This document shows, one piece after another, positions 1 to 14,800 of a stretch of 64,000 bases of DNA. The notes under the pieces are model-generated. The model saw nothing but the letters and a program-made list of their open reading frames with translations. It was not told the DNA's origin and made no database searches. This DNA comes from the human T2T-CHM13v2.0 reference genome, Homo sapiens. The position numbers and the translations under genes are program-made. Location: NCBI GenBank assembly GCA_009914755.4, contig CP068257.2, positions 32,928,001 through 32,992,000 of the forward strand, read 5' to 3'. Numbering within the stretch: the first letter of the stretch is position 1; every line of letters begins with the position of its first letter.

Positions 1-937
1 GTGTATTTTGGGCTCCTGTGGTTTCTGATGAAAAATGCTGCAATGTGGGGCATGGGTGAAAGGGAAACACTGAGAAAATAGATGTGACCCCCAGTATGCT
101 TCCTTGAAGAAGTGGGGGGCTGGCCAGGCCAGGCACAAAGATCCTTTGTGTTCCCTGAGCCTGTGACTTCTCCCGCTGTTTCTCAGCAGTTACACTAACG
201 ACATTGTGGAGGAAACAGCTTCTCCTTGCATGGCCCTGCCCCTTGCACTCTAGACTGTTTAGCCTCCCTGCTGGTCAGTCCCCTCTCCCTACAAATGCCA
301 GCAGCTTTCCCCCAGTCCATGCTGCAACCACAAAGTCTCGCAAGGATTTTCAAATGCCACTGGGAGGATAGCGGTGCCACCCATGGAGAATAATGACCCC
401 AGGCCCTAAAATGAAACAGGTTGCTCTAACATTCGAAGAATAGCCCCAGCACACCAAATGCATTCACTTAATTTCTTGTTCAACAGAAAAGAATGACCTC
501 TTTTAATACAGAGCTGCTTTGAAACATGTCATTTCAAACAGGTCCTAAGAAGATCCTGATATTTGTCTGTATCTTAACTGGATCTCTGTGGGTTGAAAAA
601 CGCTCATAGAAATGTTGAAGGACGTCAGTCAATCTTTAATAAGATGAGATTTCTCAGAGATACAACATGCTGTTTGACCATCTGAAGGATGCTAAAAGAA
701 AGTGATTTACTGAAATAAAATAGATAACAAACATTTCAGTGACTTAGAAAATGGCGAGAAATCACGTCAGGCAAGTTTATATTTTTGTGTTAAAAAATCC
801 CCACCTAACAACACTCTCTTCCTTACATTTCTTCCCAGCAGGCCAAGAACTTACTAAACTCTGGCTCTAGAAGAAAATAACATTAAAATGCTGACTTTAC
901 AGGTATATAGTCTAGCATTTGTTGGCAGTTACTTATT

Positions 938-957
938 AGTTTTTTTTTTTTTTTAGA
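938..957. repeat. poly(T) tract, about 18 nt
   Basis: Homopolymer T run seen directly in the sequence. Confidence 0.9.
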
Positions 958-2045
958 AATGTAAAAACTATTTTCTTTGTTTCAAACGAATAGGCTCTAA
1001 CTTAAAATAATTTACTTGTACAATTAAATTGTCTGAAAAACCCCAACAATGCTGTTAACACGTTGTTAACAGGTACACAACTCCCCTCTATTTTAGGAGC
1101 TGACGCAAAGAAGACAGCACAAACATGAACAAGAAAACAATCGCTGTCGCTTAAAAGCAACACCGTCTTAGCAGTTTAAAGACAGACACTGCATGCTCAC
1201 ATACTAACAATAATTATGAGTCTCCAACTCAGAGGGTAGAAGTCAGAAGACGCAAACAACATCCACCGTACCAGGAACTGAAGAATAGGAGGAAGCAGGT
1301 TTAGAATAGCAATGGGTTTTTCCCTGAGATGTACATTTTACAAGAAGCATTCAATTCCATTTTAGATATGGAAAAAGAGCGTGTTTTTCCCATCAAAAGG
1401 GGGAAACAGGAAAAGTATAAGTAGCTTGACCCATTATTATGTCCTACCTGGAAAAAAGTTTTTTTAAGTGGAGAAAATGATTAGTCATGAGTGCATGACT
1501 TATTAAAAATGACTTTCTGGGTAACAGAGACCAGATAATACCTACGTGAATAAATCTCTCCCCAAACCCTAGTTTGGGGCCCACACTTTTGCAAGGTCTC
1601 CAGTGAGTAAGACAGTAAATTCTGTGGCTGGCGTTTTCTTTGGAACACAAAGGGTCGCAAACAAACTCCTACTCAGCTGCAGCCACTACCCCTGCCAAAA
1701 TTGAGTAGCTGAGGATTCAGCGAAGGGTTCGGGCTCCACGTCACCCAGGTGCTACAGGAGCCTGAGCCCAGGAGCAGGGACTGTCCCACATGCCAAGAGA
1801 ATAGGGCATATCCAGGAGTCCAGGCCCATCACAGCCGCCAGGTTTTTACCTAGGTCTACTACTCTTTCCACATCACAGCTTCCCCTCACCTTTCTCCCCC
1901 TCCCTCACCTGCTCACTGCCATGTATGGGAATGCACCCCAGGAAACACACAATTTTGAAAAACATCGTCCCAAGAGAAAAAGGCTGTCATGAAGAGGCCA
2001 GGCAAATGACCTCAATTAAGCACTTTGTCCAATGCTAATGGATTG

Positions 2046-2487
2046 AATTCTGTTCCCCTAAAATTCACATGTTGAAGTCCTAACACCCAGTGCAATGGTG
2101 CTATGGTTTGAATGTGTCCCCCAAAAGTTTATGTGTTAGAAACTTAATTGCCATTTTAACAGTGTTGAGAGGTAGGGCCTTGACAAGGTGAGGAGGCCAC
2201 GAGGGCAGAGCCCTTACAAAGGGATTCATGCCATTGTTGCAGGAGTGGGTTAGTTATCCTGGGAGTGGGCTCCTGATAAAAAGGATGAGTTTGGCTCCAT
2301 GTCCTCTCCCTGTCTCCTGTGCTTGCTTCAGCTTCTGCCTTCTGCCATGCGATGACCCTCACCAGATGCTGGCACCATGCTCTTAGACTTTTCAGCTTCC
2401 AGAACCGCAAACCAAATAAATCTCTTTTATTTATAAGTTACCCAGTCTGTGGTGTTATGTTATAGCAACAGAAAATGGACTAAGACA
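2046..2487 (+). mobile_element. ERVL-MaLR-type solo LTR (MLT1/MST-like); its 5' terminal ~55 bp is partially duplicated at 2046-2100 and again at 2101-2155
   Basis: Consensus-like 5' end 'tatggtttgaatgtgtcccccaaaagtt' and 3' end 'ccagaac...aaataaatctc...cccagtctgtggt..ttatagcaac...ctaagaca', which is the typical MaLR terminus. Confidence 0.6.
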
Positions 2488-2728
2488 TGGTATTTGGAGG
2501 TGAGGCCTTTAGGAGGTAATTAGGGTTAGGTGAAGTCAGGTGAGTAGAGTCCTTTTTGCAAGAAGGTGACAGTCTACAAGCCAGGAGGAGAGCCCTCACC
2601 AGGAATCAACCGTGCTGGCAGCCTAACCTCAGACTTCTCAACATCCAGAACTGTGAGAAATAAATTTCTATTGTTTAAGGCACCTAGAACAGGGCATTTT
2701 GTTATAGCAGCCCGAGCAGATGAAGACA
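2488..2728 (+). mobile_element. 5'-truncated second MaLR-type LTR copy directly abutting the previous one
   Basis: Begins 'ggtatttggaggtgaggcctttaggaggtaattaggg' and ends 'ccagaactgtgagaaataaatttctattgtttaag...ttgttatagcagcc..agatgaagaca'. Confidence 0.55.
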
Positions 2729-4369
2729 CCTACCACCACTCAGCTTTGGAACCAGGATTCTGAACCAAAGTCTATAGATCCTATGTTCTTAACAACTGCA
2801 TTTTACTACTCTTTGAGACGAACTGAATTTAGCCAATCAATGTAATTTCACATTGATTTTCATTACAGTGGACCTTTTGCTTTCAAAGTTACATATGAAA
2901 TTTGTTTTGCATGGCTAGATATGTGCTGGATGACTAAGAATTTTATAATTGGCATATCAATAATCAAATCAGTTTTCCTAATAAAATGACATGTCTGATT
3001 TCTGCAAAAGCTCTTCAGTGTCCTCTCAAACTGAGAAAGCTGGAAAGTAGAGTTTTCAAAAGAGTAAAAATAATAATAAAAAAAAGTTAAGGCAGTACCG
3101 CTGAGAATTTAAATTCTCTGCAATTCGAAACTTTTGAAATATAAAACTTTTAAAAACAGTTTCACTGAGGTATACCTTACATCCCATTTTAGCACTTGTA
3201 AAACCTTTGTCTTTAACTGTATTGTGATAACATTGATATCCTGCTTAACATAAGAAATATTATTTTAATTGAAAACATTATTCATGATAATTTAAAAAGC
3301 TGCTATTAACTTCTACATCTGTCAGTAAATCTACTAAAGTTTAGTTCAAAATATGCCGGCAAAGGAATCTTAAATTCTCTTAGTGCCATCTAAATAAAAC
3401 TGTATTTCTTCTAAGTTCTATTGTAAACAAAGCAAAGGACTATGCCAGAATATATAGCAATTAGAGAAAAATGCCTACTTTTCCTCTTTGCACTTATTTT
3501 GTGCGCTTGTTTCTTGTTTTGTGTAGGTTTGATGATTTTGCCAAATTGCACGGTCAGCAAACAGTTCGTTGTGGTCCAACACCCAGGATAGGGACTATGA
3601 GACCGTTTGCCAGGTGCTAGATGGTGTTCAATCATCTCACGCCTGAAGCTCTTCATCAGTCTTCTGTTGCTCAGGCTCTTCACTGTCTCCATCCCTCGTG
3701 ATGAAAGACAGGCGTGTCTCTGGCCAGGGACTAAGGCGCCATGAGCATGTGTGCTTTGTTTGGGTGTTGGTGTGCTCTGACTCATGCTCTCAGTGGCCCT
3801 CGAAGGCACCAGGTGAAAGAAGAGGGTCAGACAACCACTAGCCACAGCTGTGGCAGCCTCGGTTCAAAAATGTAAAATCTGCCATGCAGGCAGTTTCAAA
3901 GACTTAACCTATGCCTTTGTATAATTATTATTTTTACTTCTTTTATAGCAACGTTCATTTTCTAACCTGAAGGTGGTTCAGGTGATGTTCTAATCTGCTT
4001 TTGAGTTTGAAAATGCATCTACCAGATGATTCATGGTGGCTGCCGAGGTGGTGAATACCGAGGATCCCAAAATGAAAAATTACGGAGGGAAACTTAGAAA
4101 AGTAGTACTCTCTCACAGCCAGAGTGGTGCTGGTGACCCTCCAGTCCAGGCTAAAACAGGTAAGCAAAATATTTGCCTTGTTTTTAATATACATCAAGCA
4201 AAACAAGGTTTAACTCTATCTGTGGCATCTACAGCAGCTGTCTCCAAGATGGAGGACAATGATGGGGACCAGGAGGAGGTCAGCAGCCTCAATGGCTGAT
4301 GTTCTGAAATATTTCTGAGTGGAGCTAAGGGGGAAGTGGTTTGCCAACATTATCAGTTTATTCGTTTGT

Positions 4370-4400
4370 CCATCCATCATCCATCCATCCATCCATCCAC
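4370..4400. repeat. (TCCA)n microsatellite
   Basis: 'catccatcatccatccatccatccatccacc'. Confidence 0.9.
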
Positions 4401-4907
4401 CGAACACCTACAGGCACTGACCATGCCAGCTACTAGAACCCAGAGATGACCATGCCACCCAGACAGACTCCAGGAGGTACTGAACACAGACCTAGGTGAA
4501 GTTCTGAGGCCCACCTTGCTCCTTCCCCGAGATGTGCCTGCTGGTGGTGGCAGTGACAGGGTGGCACATCAATGATGAGGTGGAGTATGGAAGAATGGAA
4601 GCACTGCCAAGACTCCTGAGTGGCAGAGGCCCATTCTATTATCTGTGGACACCCTCGTTGTATTTCTAAAGAGGTTTTCTCACAGAGCAAAACCACCTGA
4701 TACCCTAAAATATCATTTAGACAATTATGTTATTATTGTCCCAATTCTTACTTCCACGACAAAACAGCAGATGTGTCATCTCCCAATGAAGATGAAGACA
4801 AAACTATTCTCAAAAAGAAATGGAAGAACCATGAAGTAATCTCCATTTGAGAAACAGTTTTGCAAATTCAAAGTGGCTTCTGTGAACTTTGTTTTGGCTG
4901 AAATGAA

Positions 4908-5273
4908 CTCCTCCCAAAAATACATATGTTGAGTCCTAACTGTCCTGGTACCTCACAATGTGACTGTATTTGGAGGTGGGGCCTTTAAATGGGTGACTGA
5001 GTTAAATTGAGGCCATTAAGGAGGAGCCCAATCCAATCTGCTGGGTGTCATTATAAGAAGAGGAGATTTGGACACCAGACAGAGAAAAGACCATGTGAGG
5101 ACAGAGAGAGAGCATGTCATCTATGAGCCAAGGAGCAAGGCCTCTGAGGGAAATAGCCCTGCCATCACCTTGATCTTGGACTTCCAGCCTCCAGGATTAT
5201 GAAACAACACATTTCTGTTGTTTAAGCCACCCAGTCTGTAGTATTCATCATGGCAGCCCAAGCAGACTAACAC
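4908..5273 (+). mobile_element. ERVL-MaLR-type solo LTR (MLT1/MST-like)
   Basis: 'tgtatttggaggtggggcctttaaatgggtgactgagtt...' through '...cttccagcctccaggattatgaaacaacacatttctgttgtttaagccacccagtctgtagtattc..tggcagcccaagcagactaacac'. Confidence 0.6.
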
Positions 5274-8200
5274 CACTGCCAACTTAAGAGCATGTAACAA
5301 TATAAAATATGCCCATCTCAAACTACCACCTTCATCCTTATAGGTCTCTACAGTTGGCTTTAATGTTCTCAAGGAAAAGCCTCTGAAAGAAAATGATGAG
5401 ACAGGAATGTAATGAATGTAGCTTCAGTCCCCCATACTAAGGCATGCCCCCACTACCTTTAGATCCATCCAATGGAGTGGGCAGAGCTTTATCATATAGC
5501 CGATAGAATCTGTATCCTGCTGTCAACTAATACCAAGCTGTAAGTAACTCATTCACATATGCACAACTCAATGCACATAACTCAATGATGTTGATAAAGT
5601 CAGACAAGGAATTCTATGACAACGATTAAACTCACCTTTTCAAATGCCACATTTTGGTAATCATCTGGAATGGGGCTCTTGTTTTTAAAACTGGGAAGAC
5701 CCAAGGAAAATAGTAGAAAGGCTTTTAAAGGCACCCATGACACTAAGAGAAAACATTAGAATGGGTGCATACCAATAGTAACTATTTTTAATCTTATGTC
5801 CTGAACACTCTTCCTTTTTGGATGGTGTGTATGAAGGTCTGTGGCTGGCTTCTAAACTGGAAAAGTCACAGATATTTACCCTTGCAGAAAATATCTATAA
5901 TCATTTCTTCCTTGGAAAAAATAATGACAAACCCTGAATCACATTTCCTAAAATTTTAAAATAACGATGTTGATTTGCTGGTTTATTTGAAAATTCCATG
6001 GTAATAAAGTAACCAATTAAATATTTAACCTACTTTTACTGGGACAATTGAGGGAAAACAGGAGGAGGCAGAAGGCAGCTCTCTCACTGGTTCAACAATT
6101 CTTCAGCTAGTCCAAAACCCATGTTCTGGTGATTGGTGATTCTGAAATACAGCTGCTGAAGTTTCCACACTGGGACACTTCCCCTAGTGAACATTCTTTT
6201 TTGATCTTTAAGTCAATCTTAAAGAATTCTGAAGTCTCCCAAACCTTTGTTCATTGGACTTCCAGCATTTTTCCCTTGCCACTAATGTCAAAATCCCTTC
6301 TTATCCCACTAAACTTTCTGAACTCTCCCTGAATGTTGGAGGATGAAGACAAGTGGGCTGTGTAAAAAAAAAATCTTAGAATGAAGACTTAGGAATAGCG
6401 ATCATGGGTCCCAGGGGAAGACTTAGATGACCAACAGTTCTAACCACCTTCCTTGCTCAGAAAGTGTCCAGTCAATGGAGAAAGGAAGGCATTATTAGCT
6501 CTTGATGAGGCTTTGGCAGAATTTGGGACAGATGGCTGTGTGCTCAGAGGATCAAGTGAAGTTTAAGATACAAGGTGGAAAGGCCAGTAGGACTCACGTG
6601 ATGTCCCTATCAGGGTTCCTCTCCATCCTAGGGTGTTCCTCAGTCCTGCTGGAGGGCTGGTGTTTATATGATGTAGAGAGGTTTGAGGTCTTGGATACAG
6701 AAGGGCTGGCTCTGCATTACTAGCGTTAGAGGCACGATACCCTTTAGGGTTTGGCTTCTTGTTGAACTCTACAGATGTTGTTTGGTATATAGTGTCCAAG
6801 AACAGTGGCATCACCTGTGAGCTTGCCAGAAACGCAGAATCTAGAGCCCCACCTGAGATCTACTCAAGGAGAATTTTCATTTTAACAAGATCCGAAGTGA
6901 CTCCTGTACATAGTAAGGTCTGGGAGGCATTGGTCTAAGGTAGAGGGGGAGGAAGAACATGCCAATTTTTACCACGTGATTGCTAAGTGATACTATGCGA
7001 TGTTAAGTTGGGTTAACTTCCAGACCAACAATTCTCCATAGGAACCCTGCCAGGTTACCACAAACGGCAAACAGGGCAGAGAAACAGGGCAAACCTGGTT
7101 TACGAGATTTTTTCCAGAGAAAATGTTTACCAGGTTGCCAAAGGCATCAGAATCAACGGAAATGACATCAATATTCAATAGTAGTGTAGCCACTCACATG
7201 CAGACTCCATTCCTAACTGAATTATTCCATTACATGTGCCTATTAAAAAAAAAACCAATCATGCACACATAGACACATACCAAGCTGTCATTATTGAATG
7301 CCTATTCATGGATGTATCGATAATAAAAGACAGTGAGGAGGCTGACTTGATTATATTTTAACTGACTTACATGACCAATAAAGCAATAAACTTATTTCCC
7401 TCCATGGGCAATTTTAGTGGTTGAGTATATTTTTAGCATTTCCCTCTGGAGATATAGCTTTATGAACTTCACATGACCCAAACTTTTAATCCACCCCATT
7501 TGCGCAAGTTTTTCTTTTTCTCTTTAATAGGATGATAGAAGACTGGAACATAACTGCCTAATTCTGAATTTCAGACTATCTTTCTAAACACAGCACAACA
7601 CAGGGAGAAGCAACTACCTTCTAGACCATAAATGGCAGAGATCTAGAAGCGGCCAGACAAGGGGTATGAGAAAAAGTATTACAAACAAAAGAAACAGACA
7701 GATGCCACATTTTTGTAGCAGCAACTCTGCGGAAGCCAACTGCTTCTCAGACCTGACCCAGCAGCCACAATGGACTTTTAGATGAATGATCCCTCACCAG
7801 CGGAGCTCACAGTGGGGGTGGAGATCCATTCCAGCTGATAGTAGGGACGAGCAAGCAACTACTGAAAGGGCTTTGGTGCTTTTGCTTCATTGGTGCTTTT
7901 CAGTTTTATTTCAAAAATTATAATAATAAAAAAAAAGACTCTAGGTGTCTGGATCAGTATGCCACATGATTTATAGCACATAAAATCATGGAAAGTCATG
8001 CCACTTCCTGATAGCACACAGCTCACGCTGGCCACTGAAACCTTTTTTCTGACTAATTCATTCCATACCGTAGTTTTCCATGGCTGATTCATAACCATAT
8101 CCTACTTTTCTCATTTCCTGAAATGATTCTGATGAAGCTTATTCCACATAAAAAGTGGAACAATATATAAAACCCAGACACCTAGGTACAATTTAAAAAT

Positions 8201-9261
8201 CTTAACTCTAAATCCCAAATCAACATTTGGCCATACATTCCTAAGATGAACCACTGTTTCTGGATTCTAAAGGACACTGTATATTCCAGTAAGCAAGCCT
8301 GTAGCACAGTGCTGGGTTCATGATCAAAACGCACTGAGTTCATTCCAGAGTCAGCTCTACTTGTGATGAAACAAATAACCTATAAAGCGAAATCTTTTCA
8401 GACCAAAGAGAGGTCTGAAATCAAGAAGAAACATAATGAGGATGCAAAGGGGATAAGAAGCAGCAACTACACCCTGGCTCTGTAAGACGGCATGTCATCA
8501 CACCTTACTCAAAGGGACTCCTCAATATTTAATCAGCGATTTTTTACATTATTACCTAAAGGAACTGGAGTACTTTAAGTTGCCTCAATTTGCTGGCATT
8601 TTAAGGAAGATAAATGCTTTAGAATTACTTATGATTAAGACAAAAATCTCAGAAACAATGCACTATTCGAATCTTTAGCTAGAGCTCTCGGGAGGAGAGT
8701 AAACAAGATAACTCTACTGGTTGCTTCTCATACTCATCTTCTTTCTTTGAGACAGAAATCTTTTTATTTTCCTAGTTAGTAATCAAGTATGTGTTTCTAT
8801 GGAAAAAATGTAAACACATTTTGAATTATGCCATCGCTTTCACCTTGAAATCATTATTTTATTAAGAATCACTCAGTATTTCTAACTACCTACTAGCAAG
8901 TCATTTTTAGAAATCTTTCTTTCAAAGTGAATTCTGTATTAGGTGCTGAAAGTGTGGTGCTGAAACCACAGAGCTGCTGATACATCTGGAGGCTGGGGTA
9001 AACACTGGCTGCTGAAACCACCAGGTGAGAGGCGGATCAGGAATTGCAGAAGCTGGGCCAGACTGAACACACCTGAAGCCAGGGATGGTGCTTTTAACAT
9101 CACAGAAGGAGACAATCAGTGATCACATGCGTCTTGGTGTACAGCAATAGTCAGTACAGGATATTTCGTGTGAAGTAGTCTTGTCCAAATAAAAACAAAA
9201 CAAAAACAAAAAACTCTGATTTTTCAGCAAGCTCCCAGGCCTCTGAGTTTAGATAAATAGA

Positions 9262-9627
9262 TGTATATTAGTCCGTTTTCATGATGTTGATAAAGACATA
9301 CCTGACACTGGGCAATTTACAAAAGAAAGAGGTTTAATGGACTCACAGTTCCACGTAACTGGGAAAGCATCACAACCATGGTGGAAGGCAAGGAGGAGCA
9401 AGTCACATCTTACATGGATGGCAGCAGGCAAAGAGAGCTTGTGCAGGGAAACTCCCATTTTTAAAACCATCAGATTTTGTGAGCCTTATTTACTATCATG
9501 AGAACAGCATGGGAAATACCTGCCCCCATGATTCAATTATCTCCCACTGGGTCCCTCCCACAACACGTGGGAATTATGGGAGCTACAAGAAGAGATTTGA
9601 GTAGGGACTCAGAGCCAAACCATATCA
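9262..9627 (-). mobile_element. THE1-type (ERVL-MaLR) solo LTR
   Basis: Matches the reverse complement of the THE1 consensus: 'tgtatattagtccgttttcatg...ataaagacatacc..gactggg.aatttacaaa.gaaagaggtttaatggactcacagttcca...gggtccctcccacaacacgtgggaattatgggagctacaa...agccaaaccatatca'. Confidence 0.8.
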
Positions 9628-9941
9628 GAGGGAATGCAGAGATGTGCTAAACAGTGCTAACAGTGCACTTGCTGTTTCCAGACTGTGGGACAGCCTATGA
9701 GACAGATGAAAACAGTTTCACTGGGGACCTATGACAAAGGATGGAGAAACCAGATGAAAAGAGACAGAAGAGACAGATCACTGAAATGCAGTGAGTGCCT
9801 CTTATTTGGATTCTAACGCAAACACGCTAATTATAAAAAGACATTCATGAGCCAATCGGGGACATTTGAACACAGAATGGATATTTGGTGATATTAAGAA
9901 AGTACATTTACTTTATTTTTGTTAAGTGTCCTTATCTCTTA

Positions 9942-10190
<249 letters not shown>

Positions 10191-10354
10191 TTACTCCATG
10201 GTGGGAAGTGTGGGAAGGAGGATTCCATGTACTGATAATTGTTGAGGCTGGGTGAGGAGCTGAATATAGGGAGTTCATTAGAATATCTTCCATGCTTTTG
10301 TATACACTTGACAACCTCCATAATAAAAAGGTATTTTTAAAAAAATAAAAGGCA

Positions 10355-11151
<797 letters not shown>

Positions 11152-11454
11152 TTAATGATTTTTCAAGTGAGGTCTCTGATACTCTGATGATACTAAAAAT
11201 ATACAACAGAACTCTCTTGGAAATAGTTTATTTTTGCAATCATTGTAATACAGTCAGTAGCAAAAATATTTAGAACACTTTTCAAAAGGCTAAAAAAATA
11301 TGACAGAACGTTTCAGTGCACCGTTCAGGTGAAGACCAAGTATTATTGAAGTTTTTGTTTCTTCCAATGTAACAGAAGAATACTGAGCCCAGTGGTGTGA
11401 CGTCAATCACATTACCTATGAGGTTGCAGGGCCATGCTGAGAAGGGTGCTTTCA

Positions 11455-11874
<420 letters not shown>

Positions 11875-14800
11875 CTAGATAAGCCACATGGACACCTCAC
11901 ACTTGGATGGCTCACTCCAGCCACCTATGTCAGAAACACTAACTCATAATTCCCACAACGCCCCACTGAGGTGTGCAGGTGGCAGCCCACATGTTTCTGT
12001 TCCATCTATGGAAGGCTGGTGCAGGTCACGTGATTGCTCAAGTCGGGGAATGAGTCAAAGGGAAGGCTAGAAAGACAGTCCAACCCAACACCCTGAGATC
12101 CCAGCAGGCACCTTTAACTATCACAGTGTGCCTTTGCCAAGCCTAGGGAAGATGCTAAAATGAGTGACAGATTCAGTTACATTAGCAAGTAACACGTGGT
12201 GGCTTTTTAAAATTTGAGACAATTTTTTAAAATAGTAAACATCAACACAACTTTCTCATTTAACATACTTGAAAGATGAGAAAGGTGGTGGCCATCTTTC
12301 ACAAAAAAAGATGATGCTGATAGATTTAACAGCCACTAGTGATGAAGATGGCGATGATGAAGATGATGAGAAATAGCAGCGATCTGAAATTGACTGCCAG
12401 TCACCTATCAGGTATGGATGTAAGCAGTCAACACTCACTCTCTCATGTAACCCTCAAGCCACTCTAGGAGACAGGTACTATCACTTTTTTATAGGTGAGG
12501 AACTAAGGCTACATGTTGTGCTTAATTCTCTTGGATGTCCGACCTGGAATCAGAATTTGAGGTAAAGTGACAATGAAATTGTACCCAGCCTAAACCAAAT
12601 TCTTAAAATAGTGAAGAATAATCCATCAAGCCCGTGATGAACTATGTTGACAAGTTCAAGCTGTTGAGGAGGTGCTTGTGCATTACTGATAGAAAAGGAT
12701 AATGCTTTTCATGCTGCCGACCATTCACAAGACATTTGGCTATTCCATAAAAGAGATTCTCCCTCTCGAACTCCGAGGGAGAAGGCTGTTTCAGGTTCCC
12801 ATCACCAAACCACTCTGCAGCTGGGGTGCCCTGCTACCCGGTGCAGGAGCCCTGCACCAACACTCTGACAAAGAACTCCATGAGACAGTCAGAGATGGAA
12901 AGGTTTGCCAGGCCAGGACTTCCTCTAGGAAAGCAGGCCTCAGGTTCAGACCTGTTTAAGCTGACACCCGACTCCACCTCCACCGTGACTGAGACTCGAG
13001 ATGACTGATGAGCTGGAATGATCAAGAAAGGCTAAGAATCATCAGGAAAGGAAATGATCAAGAAGAAAACGTTCATCATTGTTTAAGAAGGCAGGGTTGG
13101 ACTGTCCATTTTAGACACTGATTCCTCAAATGGTTAAACATCACATTTCTAACAACCAAGAGGCTATATACCCTTCAGCTCTACGGAAAATCTGGTCATC
13201 TCAAACAACATATTTCCTAAAGATTTTGAATTGTAGAGTTTTACTCTGGTTTTTCAAGGAACCACGGCATCTTCAAAAGGACACTGGTTCTAGGAGTCTG
13301 AAGTCCTGGTTTCTAGCTCTCGCTTTTCCAGTAACAAACTGAGTTGCACTGGGGAGAACATTTCATCTCCTGGATCTCGCCCTGTCTGTCGCAAAATCAA
13401 CGGTAAAGGCTCCCTGGGCTCCAATGCTCCAATGGAATTCTGGGAATCCAAAAGGATGTGACCGGAAAGAACACAATCATGGATAATCTCATTCAGCTTA
13501 TATAAGTGAACAAAGTGTGGGAAAGCAAGGCAGAGGTATTAGCACTCAAGTGTATTAATATCTATGCTAATGGAATACTACAAGAAACATTCCATCTAAA
13601 TGCTAAAAATAGGTTTCCAATTAATCATAATTTAACAAAATATAAATTGCTGTCAGTCTAGCTACATGAAATTCCCACTAGGGCCACTGGAAATTGAGAG
13701 AATGCAAAGATGGATGGATGTAGTCTACTTATTCCAGGAATAGTTGGAAAATTTGGAATAAGGCCAGGATTAGGGAAAAAATAAAACAAAACTTGCCTGA
13801 CAAATTGAGTAGTGTTGGGAAGTTTAATACAATCTGTGACTGATTCACAGCACAGGAGTCTTTCTGTAAGAAGAGCCCTGTTTGTTCTGGGCAGTGGCTT
13901 ATATGTTCAAGAACGAGTTCAGATGAGTGCAACTTCAAGTAGAGCTCCACAATGAATCCAATTACGTAGGCGGCCACCACAGCACTTCTTTAACTTTCGT
14001 AGGCAAGGAAGAAGATAAAGAACTCATTTGTAAGGTATACAAATGCCCTGCTGGTAATGGTCTAATAAGCCTAACAATTTAAATGCCATGCTCTGAAATA
14101 ACCCTTTGTTTCGGTGGATTGAGTCAGCCAAAGTATCCGGAACTGGGTCCCACAGAGGGTCCTGATGTTCTTTGGAACATAGCTCACATTTTCCAGTTTA
14201 TTATGCAGGTTCTGACTGATAATAATTCTGTCACAGTCAACCTACACTTTGCAGTTTACAAGGTCATTTCACATGTATTAACTCTTTCAAGTTTCTCTAA
14301 AACCTGGAGAGGATATAGGGAAGGTGTTAACTATCCTTACCTTTGAAGAAAGGAGGCTTGGTGAATTGAGACTACTTGCCTAAGGTCAGGCAGCTCACAA
14401 TCGCCAGCATCAACATTCACATTCCTGCCCTGTGATTCTGTGGTCCTGGATGGCTGTACCCAAATATTTCTTCCTGAAGGTCTTTGAGTTAGTCCTGAAA
14501 AAGGCACGGTTCAGGTACACTGACATGCCTTCAAGTTTCCACGGTGAGCCAGTGAACATTACTTAACGAGAGCAATGGTGAGCTCATGCAGATCTCAGGC
14601 TCTGAACTGAGAAAATGTTCAGACCATTAAAAAACCTTTCTCCCCCAAACAATTTTGTCTTTTAATCTAAGAAGTCAGGTTCTTGGCATTTCTGACCACT
14701 CTAACACAAATCCAGAATTTGCCTAAGCGAGCAAAAGAGGATGCACAAATCATGACTGTAACAAGCCTGGTTTAGTCTGACGGGGTTGCCGGTACAGGCA

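Noticed and set aside
8935-9030. Repeated 'gctgaaaccac' motif (three occurrences), possibly a tandem repeat or TF-site cluster.
   Set aside because: The three occurrences are irregularly spaced, with no higher-order periodicity. It is most likely a chance or old degenerate duplication adjacent to the THE1 LTR.
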